Source of the DNA: Lentisphaeria bacterium
Lineage (GTDB): Bacteria; Verrucomicrobiota; Lentisphaeria; JABSQK01; JAWLHB01
Direction: 5' to 3'
Length of the DNA stretch: 33,631 bases
NCBI GenBank assembly: GCA_041690595.1
Contig: JAWLHB010000063.1
Coordinates: 1-33,631, forward strand
Positions 27,533 to 33,631 of this stretch are shown here, piece after piece (position 1 is the stretch's first letter; the number at the start of each line of letters is the position of its first letter). The position numbers were made by a program, and so were the translations under genes. The notes beneath the pieces were generated by a model. It worked only from the letters and a program-made list of their open reading frames with translations. It had not been told where the DNA came from and searched no databases.

Positions 27533-28692
27533 GCGAAGGCCACATCGTGAAAGTTCTGGTCGAGGAGGCTCTCCGGCGCCTGCAGGTGATGCAGAAGAGA
27601 GGAGCAGATCTGTTGCGCGGTATCGGCCTGAAAGTATGGGTTTTCCAGACCAGCGAGGGATGCCTTGAAGGGGTCGGAACAAGCCGTTGCCATGGCGGAC
27701 TCGATAGCAGGTTGGTTGGCCTTGATGTCGAGAACGTTTCGAGCGCGAACGCGCCCGGCCTGGCGGGAGCCGATGTTGACCACGGGGAGGGAAAAGGATG
27801 CGGCTTCGATGATGCCGCTGGAAGAATTGCCAATCATGGCGGCGGCAATGCGCATCATGCTGAAGTAGCGAAGCTGCCCAAGACTTTCGATCAACCTGAC
27901 GTGTGCCTTGTCCGCCGCCCATTGCTCAAGACGAAGACGAATGATGCCGCCGCCAGTATCGGCATTGGTGCCGGTGATGATGATGGGTCGTTGCTGGGAT
28001 TCAAGCGCCTTCAGGAGCGCGTCGACCTGATCGAGAGCGGCGTCGGGACTTGTCGTTTCAGGATGGAAGGTGACGAGGAGAGGAGCCGGACGCAATGCGA
28101 TGCCAAGATCCGTCTCAAGGGAGTCCAGATCCATGAACGAGAGATTGGCCAGATGCGAGAGGCTCAAGGCGCCACAGCAATGAATTCGCTCTGCTTCGGC
28201 TCCCAACTGCCGCACCCGCCGAGCGTACTCCTGCGTGGCGACATAGTGGAGATGGCTGAAGATCGTCATGGAGTGACGCAGCGGATCATCAATGGCGCCA
28301 TGGGTCAGTTCTCCACCGTGAATGTGTGCCAGGGGAATTCGAAACGGCAGTGCCGCTACGGCGGCGGCATACATTTCGTAGCGATCCCCCAGGATGACGA
28401 GCAGGTCTGGCCGCTCCATGGAGAAGACTTGGGCGAAAGCACTGACGGTGGAGCCGATGCAATGGGCAACGCCCGCGGCGGAGCTGGAGGCATTGAGGGT
28501 ATCGACTCTGGCGGCGATGCGAAAGCCGTCCTTTTCGATGCGGCTGACCGTATAACCATGCTGGTGCGAGAGATGGCTACCGGCGACCAGCAGCGCCAGC
28601 TTGACCTCATCCGTCTCCCTGAGCAGGTGCAGAAGAGGCGTGTAGATCCCATAGTCAGCACGGTTGGTGGTGGTAATCCACAGGCGCTTCAT
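27529..28692 (-). CDS. neuC: Hydrolysing NDP-N-acetylhexosamine 2-epimerase (NeuC/LegG family)
   Basis: TNRADYG, GSHL, LGDRYE, HIHGGE, GAIDD..RH, TFHPET, GNSSSGIIEA, NIGSRQAGR. Confidence 0.92.
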   Translation of the reverse strand: MKRLWITTTNRADYGIYTPLLHLLRETDEVKLALLVAGSHLSHQHGYTVSRIEKDGFRIAARVDTLNASSSAAGVAHCIGSTVSAFAQVFSMERPDLLVILGDRYEMYAAAVAALPFRIPLAHIHGGELTHGAIDDPLRHSMTIFSHLHYVATQEYARRVRQLGAEAERIHCCGALSLSHLANLSFMDLDSLETDLGIALRPAPLLVTFHPETTSPDAALDQVDALLKALESQQRPIIITGTNADTGGGIIRLRLEQWAADKAHVRLIESLGQLRYFSMMRIAAAMIGNSSSGIIEAASFSLPVVNIGSRQAGRVRARNVLDIKANQPAIESAMATACSDPFKASLAGLENPYFQADTAQQICSSLLHHLQAPESLLDQNFHDVAFA

Positions 28693-30428
28693 CGGAACAT
28701 CTCGGGAGTCAAGATTGTGTCGCTCTTGACGTCACAAGTCAGGGTGAGACCGACCAGAAAGGGCAACTGGGAGGGAGGATAACCGGTGCCCGGGCGCTTG
28801 AGAGCAAGGTCCTTTAGAGTAAGGTGCGTACCGGAAGCGAGATCGTGCCGGGCAACGATGCTCTTACGGGCGACGCGAGCGGTGTCCAGTTCGCTCGGAT
28901 GAGGGGACTTGACAGATGTGCCGAGAGCAGCCTCGACGTTGCGAATCCCCTGAATGAATTGTCGTAACTGCTCAACATCAAAGCTGGATGCATGATCCGG
29001 CCCTGGAAGAGTTCGGTCGATGGTGAAGTGCTTTTCGATAATTCTGGCGCCCATGCCGACAGCGGCGGCCGCAATCTCGAATGTTGTGGAATGGTCGCTG
29101 AGCCCAACCGGTACGGAGAGCGCCTGCTCCATATTCTGCATGGCGCGAAGATTGATCGAGCTGGGTGCGGCCGGATAGTCGCTGGTGCACTGCAGAACGG
29201 CGATGCCGTCACTGCCAGCATGGGTGAGGATATGGACAGCAGTGGCGGCTTCAGCGAGAGTACACATTCCCGTGGAGAGGATAACGGGTCGATACAGGCG
29301 CCCCACGGCCTCAAGAAGTGGAATGTTGGTGACCTCACCGGATGGAATCTTGATGAAATCCGGTTCCAGTCGATCCAACTCCTCAACAGCAAGATCGTCA
29401 AAGACACTGGCGGAGAATTGCAGGTTTCGCTCACGACTTCGTGCCGCCAATTGGCCAAGTTGGTCGCAGGACAGTTCCAGTTTGCGGATCAAGCTGTCCA
29501 TGGACTGTTGTTTGCCGGTATTGCGTCTCTGGTAGTCAGCTTGTGGTGCATCTTTGGCGACAAGCTCGCTGGTATGGTAGAGCTGAAACTTAATTGCATC
29601 GGCTCCGACATCAGCCGCGGCATCGATCATCTCGAAGGCACGCCCCATGTCGCCATTGTGGTTAACGCCAGCCTCGGCAATGACCATGACACGATCATTG
29701 CGTTCCCACGGCAGGCGTCGTTTCCAGACCTCATTGGCGATGTGCAGGTCAAGTGAAGTATCGATGTCAATGCCGGCAGTGTCGCTGACGACGTACCCGC
29801 GCGTACGGCCCGGAACAAGCCAATGAGGTTGTTCTTCAATCCACTCGGCAGTGGAAACATAGACGCTGCCGGCAAGATCGAATTCCTCATCCAGAGATTG
29901 ACGTTGAACGCGGAGGCTCTGGGGTGTTACGTGGAAAAGGTGACCGGCGTCATCCATGCGAAAGAGCCAGTTGCTGCCATGGGAGGGACGAACCATCGCA
30001 ATGACGGGAGCCCCGTCCCCTCGCCTGAACTTGTCGATACTGCCGAGAATATCGGAAACAAGCACGAGGGGGACGGTCGGCTGAAGGAGGATGACTTCTG
30101 TATAAACACGCCCTTGTTCACGCAGCTTCTGAACCATATGAATAGCCGCGAGCAAGGTGGGGGAATCATCCTGGGCGAGTTCTTGAGGACGCAGGCAGGG
30201 AATCTCGGCACCGAATCGCTCAGCAGTCTGGGCAATTTCAGGACAATCAGTGGAAACAACCACATCACCTTGATTTCCCAGGCGGTGCAGCGTCTTCCGA
30301 GCGGCCAGAATGACGCGACCAATAATGGGTATGTTGCCGACCAGGCACAGGTTCTTGCGCGGAATGCCTTTGCTGCCACCGCGTGCCGGAATAATAAAGA
30401 GGGTTCTGTGCATGGTGTTCGACTGCAT
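28689..30428 (-). CDS. Fusion: NeuA/LegF-like acylneuraminate cytidylyltransferase + NeuB/LegI-like nonulosonate synthase with SAF domain
   Basis: IPARGGSKGIPRKN, VSTD, LLQPT, IDIDT; then IAEAGVNHNGD, KIPSGEVTN, LSTGM, QCTSDYP, GLSDH, IIEKHFT, GPDH, KRPGTG. Start ATG 30428 or 30413. Confidence 0.9.
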   Translation of the reverse strand: MQSNTMHRTLFIIPARGGSKGIPRKNLCLVGNIPIIGRVILAARKTLHRLGNQGDVVVSTDCPEIAQTAERFGAEIPCLRPQELAQDDSPTLLAAIHMVQKLREQGRVYTEVILLQPTVPLVLVSDILGSIDKFRRGDGAPVIAMVRPSHGSNWLFRMDDAGHLFHVTPQSLRVQRQSLDEEFDLAGSVYVSTAEWIEEQPHWLVPGRTRGYVVSDTAGIDIDTSLDLHIANEVWKRRLPWERNDRVMVIAEAGVNHNGDMGRAFEMIDAAADVGADAIKFQLYHTSELVAKDAPQADYQRRNTGKQQSMDSLIRKLELSCDQLGQLAARSRERNLQFSASVFDDLAVEELDRLEPDFIKIPSGEVTNIPLLEAVGRLYRPVILSTGMCTLAEAATAVHILTHAGSDGIAVLQCTSDYPAAPSSINLRAMQNMEQALSVPVGLSDHSTTFEIAAAAVGMGARIIEKHFTIDRTLPGPDHASSFDVEQLRQFIQGIRNVEAALGTSVKSPHPSELDTARVARKSIVARHDLASGTHLTLKDLALKRPGTGYPPSQLPFLVGLTLTCDVKSDTILTPEMFR

Positions 30429-30540
30429 GGCGGAGAGGAAGAGGAGGTTCAGGAAGATTTGTGTCGAAGCAGGGGTGGAGCTGGATAGCTGAGGTAATGC
30501 CGTATCAGTTGGAGAATGACCGTAGTTGCCCAAACAGGCT

Positions 30541-30574
30541 CACATAGTATACAAAGGTGGTATTGTGTTTCAAT
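30541..30574 (-). promoter_or_regulatory. Putative sigma70-type promoter for the nonulosonate operon (copy A of a duplicated 34-bp motif)
   Basis: Minus strand TTGAAA (30573-30568), 16 bp, TATACT (30551-30546); 28/34 identical to 31580-31613. Confidence 0.6.
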
Positions 30575-30590
30575 GTCACCACGGCGGGAA

Positions 30591-31487
30591 TCAGGCTGAC
30601 TTGGTCGCATGGAGGACGAGGGAATCGGTGAGGTCCTGCTGGCGGAGCATGTCGCTGTAGGCGGCATCGAGATCGGGGGTGGTGAGATTGCGCCAGCGTT
30701 CATGGCCACCCGGCTTGCCGTGACGGAGCCAGTAGAGGTGGTTGGCGAGGGGATAGCGCTGCATGCCGTCGATCCGTTCCACGCGGAGGCCGGCGGCCTC
30801 GACGCAGGCGCGCAGGCTTTCGCGCGTATGCAGGATGAGGTGCTCGCTCCAGAAGGTGAACTGGCGGAATGTTTCCAGATCGTAGTGGGTGATCAGGGCA
30901 TCGCGGGCATGGGGGACTTCGATGATCAGCAGCCCATCGTCGGCCAGGCAGCGGCGTGCCTGCTGTAGCTCTTCGATGGGGTTGAACATGTGCTCGAGGA
31001 CATGAAAGAGGGTGATGACCTCGAGGTCGCTCCGCCGGACGTCGGCAAGTGAGGCCCAGGTGGGGTAGCCAAGCTCGTTGAGGTGGTGGCGGACCTGACG
31101 CTGCGGCTCGACGGCGACGGCTTCGGCGGCCTCAGGGGCAAGCATGTCGAGGATGCCGCCGGGACCGGTGCCGACATCGAGCCAGCGGCGGCCGCGGATG
31201 AGGGAGCCAAAGGCGTCGGCGCGACGGCGGTCGTCCGGACGGGTCGCCTCGATGGAAGCTTCCCGCGAGCCGGCTTCCCAATAGGCAAAGCCATCCTGCT
31301 CGACATAGTGATCCTGGGAGAGACGCTCCACGCCGTCAAGGAAGATAACCCCCGACTGGCGGCAGCGCAGGACGCCGATGTCCCGGCGGTCTCGCGTGCA
31401 GGGGCTGAGTTGCTCGACATCGCTCAGATCGGAGATGCCGATCCGGCGGAGGAGGCGGGCAATGGGATTGGCTTCGAGGTTGTGCAT
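30591..31487 (-). CDS. Class I SAM-dependent methyltransferase
   Basis: WLDVGTGPG, AVEP, FHVLEH, IEVP, FWSEH, QRYPLANHLYW. Confidence 0.88.
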   Translation of the reverse strand: MHNLEANPIARLLRRIGISDLSDVEQLSPCTRDRRDIGVLRCRQSGVIFLDGVERLSQDHYVEQDGFAYWEAGSREASIEATRPDDRRRADAFGSLIRGRRWLDVGTGPGGILDMLAPEAAEAVAVEPQRQVRHHLNELGYPTWASLADVRRSDLEVITLFHVLEHMFNPIEELQQARRCLADDGLLIIEVPHARDALITHYDLETFRQFTFWSEHLILHTRESLRACVEAAGLRVERIDGMQRYPLANHLYWLRHGKPGGHERWRNLTTPDLDAAYSDMLRQQDLTDSLVLHATKSA

Positions 31488-31579
31488 GGCGTTTGTGACT
31501 GCGGGGCAATGAGGAATGAGGGAGTATGGGCAGGCTACGCCCGGTCACGTAGGCATGACCGGAGCGGGAGGATGGGCTT

Positions 31580-31613
31580 CACATAGTATATAAAGGTAAC
31601 GTTGCGTTTCAAT
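31580..31613 (-). promoter_or_regulatory. Putative sigma70-type promoter for the methyltransferase gene (copy B)
   Basis: Minus strand TTGAAA (31612-31607), 16 bp, TATACT (31590-31585). Confidence 0.6.
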
Positions 31614-31788
31614 TCGCATTGCCAAAATATTCGGCTTTGCGGCCATTGCCGCAACTTCGAGGTGCGGTCTCCATTCCATCCGCGGTATGGAGGCCCATTC
31701 GCTCCGCCTCTTTCTGAAGCTTTCCGTCGTCAGTTCCATGATGTTCCAAGCAAGGGCACAAAACTCCATTATTTTGTTGTGTTGTTGC

Positions 31789-31817
31789 TTGCACCTGGCA
31801 GGACCCGACTTTATTAT
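31789..31817 (+). promoter_or_regulatory. Putative sigma70-type promoter for the divergent gene
   Basis: TTGCAC (31789-31794), 17 bp, TATTAT (31812-31817), about 50 bp before ATG 31866. Confidence 0.45.
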
Positions 31818-31865
31818 ACGGACATCAGCATCAAGCACATGTCACATTATGGGGAGGGACGTTGC

Positions 31866-32681
31866 ATGTTCGTAGCTATTCTTACCGAACTCGTCGCTGC
31901 TGGTGCAGCCGCCGTTGCCTGTATAGCCTACTACCGTAAGCGAACGCAGATGCGGCGCAATGTTGCCATGTTCTTCCTGGTGATGACGCTTGCGGCCACG
32001 GCGGGGACCATTTTCCGTGGCACCATGAAGCCTGCCATGGCGATCAGCCCGGAGGCTATTGCCGGGAAAACCGAAGCGATCCAGGCGACGTGCCGCGCCA
32101 TTGCTCAACATCTTGCCACCACCTACTCCGATGACCACGTTCTCCTGATCGCGTCAATCGACGAGTACTGCCCAATCCCGCAACAAGTCAGTGTGGACGC
32201 GTTCGAGGAAGCTTTTGAGGCTTGCGGCGGTGGGGTTGCCTCATTCCAGTGGTGTGCTGCATTCGGCGGTGGCGTCTGTCTGCCGAATGACTTGCATGCC
32301 ATCCCCGACCTGCAACCTATTCAGAGCATGCAGGATCGGGCCGCCGTGCTGGACCAGATTCTGCGCGAGCATCCGGGGACGACGCTTATCGTGGACATGA
32401 GCGGGATTACCGTGGCCTTCGATCCCGACCGTTTCGGCATGGAGTCCTCGATCGAGCGGCGCCCTCGCGTGCTTCTTTGCGCCTTCGCCAGCTTCGACGG
32501 TGCCGAGCAGTACCTCCGGGCACGGTGGGTGGATGAGGTATTTGTCTCCATCCCCGATGTCCCCATCGAATCCACCGAACCCTGCGTCCAGGCAGGCTAC
32601 TTCGTTACCTTCGATAATCTCGAAGAGCTTCGTCCCAAGATCCAGGACGCCTACAACGCTGCCTGCATGGGGCTTCCGTAG
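31866..32681 (+). CDS. Hypothetical membrane-anchored protein
   Basis: GGGAGG ribosome-binding site before ATG 31866; two N-terminal hydrophobic segments separated by RKR..RR, then a soluble domain. No family recognised. Confidence 0.65.
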   Translation: MFVAILTELVAAGAAAVACIAYYRKRTQMRRNVAMFFLVMTLAATAGTIFRGTMKPAMAISPEAIAGKTEAIQATCRAIAQHLATTYSDDHVLLIASIDEYCPIPQQVSVDAFEEAFEACGGGVASFQWCAAFGGGVCLPNDLHAIPDLQPIQSMQDRAAVLDQILREHPGTTLIVDMSGITVAFDPDRFGMESSIERRPRVLLCAFASFDGAEQYLRARWVDEVFVSIPDVPIESTEPCVQAGYFVTFDNLEELRPKIQDAYNAACMGLP

Positions 32682-32785
32682 CAGCCGGCCAGTAGGCGCG
32701 GCGCATGATGGGGAGATGCTGTTGGGGGAGCGCGGCAAGTGGATAATGTCCCCGCCGAGGAAGCAAATAAAGCATTCCACCTGAC

Positions 32786-32813
32786 TTGACTTTTGGGTTA
32801 TTTGCGCTAAGGT
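32786..32813 (+). promoter_or_regulatory. Possible sigma70-type promoter facing the repeat array
   Basis: TTGACT (32786-32791), 16 bp, TAAGGT (32808-32813) in a locally AT-rich patch. Confidence 0.35.
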
Positions 32814-32866
32814 GATGCGAAGATGGACGCCGCTCGGAGAGCGCCGCCGGAGGTTCGGGAAGGGAA

Positions 32867-32893
32867 CACGGACAGGCACGGACGAACACGGAC
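32867..32893 (+). repeat. Three CACGGAC heptamers at a 10-bp period
   Basis: CACGGAC at 32867, 32877 and 32887. Confidence 0.85.
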
Positions 32894-33631
32894 GAAGAGA
32901 TCGAGAGGCTGTCCGTGGGAACGAGGAATGGACCGAGGTTTTCGGGCGACGCGCAGGAGGTGCCACTCAGGCGAGTGGCGTGCCCAGGAAGAGATCGGGA
33001 GGCTGTCCGTGGGACCGAGGAATGGACCGAGGTTTTCGGGCGATGCGCAGGGGGTGCCACTCAGGCGAGTGGCGTGCCGAGGAAGAGATTGGGAGGCTGT
33101 TCGTGGGTACGAGGAATGGACCGAGGTTTTCAGGCGACGCGCAGGAGGTGCCACTCAGGCGAGTGGCGTGCCCAGGAAGAGATCGGGAGGCTGTCCGTGG
33201 GACCGAGGAATGGACCGAGGTTTTCGGGCGANNNNNNNNNNNNNNNNNNNNNNNNNNNNNNNNNNNNNNNNNNNNNNNNNNNNNNNNNNNNNNNNNNNNN
33301 NNNNNNNNNNNNNNNNNNNNNNNNNNNNNNNTGCGCAGGGGGTGCCACTCAGGCGAGTGGCGTGCCCAGGTTTGCGGGCAGAGCGAGGGGTATGGGTGCG
33401 CTGGGACCGAGCTTTCGACCGAGGTTTTCGGGCACGGACGAACACGGGCTGTCCGTTGGAACGCGCAGGAGGTGCCACTCAGGCGAGTGGCGCGCCCAGG
33501 AAAAAATCAGGAGGCTGTCCGTGGGACCGAGTAATGGACCGAGGTTTTCGGGCGACGCGCAGGAGGTGCCACTCAGGCGAGTGGCGTGCCCAGGAAGAGA
33601 TCGGGAGGCTGTCCGTGGGACCGAGGAATGG
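32894..33631. repeat. 94-bp tandem repeat array with an internal hairpin (REP-like satellite), truncated by the window end
   Basis: Units start at 32894, 32988, 33082, 33176, 33500 and 33594, with a 130-bp variant at 33370-33499. Each complete unit has GCCACTC-AGGC-GAGTGGC. Confidence 0.95.
33232..33331. other. Assembly gap (100 N) within the tandem array
   Basis: Run of N. The flanks join in register (GGGCGA | TGCGCAGG), so the gap hides zero or more whole units. Confidence 0.95.

Noticed and set aside
8001..28782. Long plus-strand ORFs (8001-9479, 9152-10762, 15220-16350, 19624-21342, 25745-27178, 27547-28782)
   Set aside because: They are antisense shadows of well-supported minus-strand genes in GC-rich DNA and contain no recognisable motifs.
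30449..31838. Two short ORFs (30449-30709, 31545-31838) sharing the peptide IETQ..L.ILCE
   Set aside because: The similarity is only the translation of the duplicated 34-bp promoter-like motif, and one ORF overlaps real genes.
32605..33534. ORFs over the repeat array on both strands
   Set aside because: The period is not a multiple of 3, the same peptides appear in shifting frames, and some ORFs run through Ns.
32894..33631. CRISPR array or TIGR-type guide array
   Set aside because: The sequence between hairpins is near-identical from unit to unit (no unique spacers), the period is 94 bp, and no cas or tas gene is in the window.
1..33631. tRNA, rRNA, transposase or integrase genes
   Set aside because: None recognised by eye; coding genes fill nearly all the space.

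Overview
Most of the window (547-31487) is one tightly packed, minus-strand surface-glycan biosynthesis cluster of 28 genes from a GC-rich bacterium, with many overlapping stop/start codons. In transcription order it encodes: a SAM methyltransferase; a nonulosonic-acid (legionaminic/sialic-type) module with two fused genes (cytidylyltransferase+NeuB synthase, NeuC/LegG epimerase, PglD/NeuD acetyltransferase+CBS+nucleotidyltransferase); an AT-richer HisF/HisH/WbuX-like amidotransferase cassette with an orphan GT-B-like protein; an MsbA/PglK-like ABC exporter; a LIC12162-like putative transferase; an O-acyltransferase; a divergent KdsB-like cytidylyltransferase, an HpcH aldolase and a DUF115/Maf-like domain fused to a D-2-hydroxyacid dehydrogenase; three more methyltransferases and another putative transferase; a CDP-6-deoxyhexose pathway (rfbF, rfbG, epimerase, YxxxH reductase); and GT2, DegT-like, GNAT, polysaccharide deacetylase, GT2 and GT9 genes. 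An SGNH-like gene fragment converges from the left. On the right are a divergent membrane-protein gene and a non-coding 94-bp tandem array (32894 to the window end, with a 100-N gap) carrying an invariant hairpin and preceded by a promoter-like motif. All product calls come from motif recognition by eye, without database searches. Many ORF-track starts were shortened to more plausible ones.
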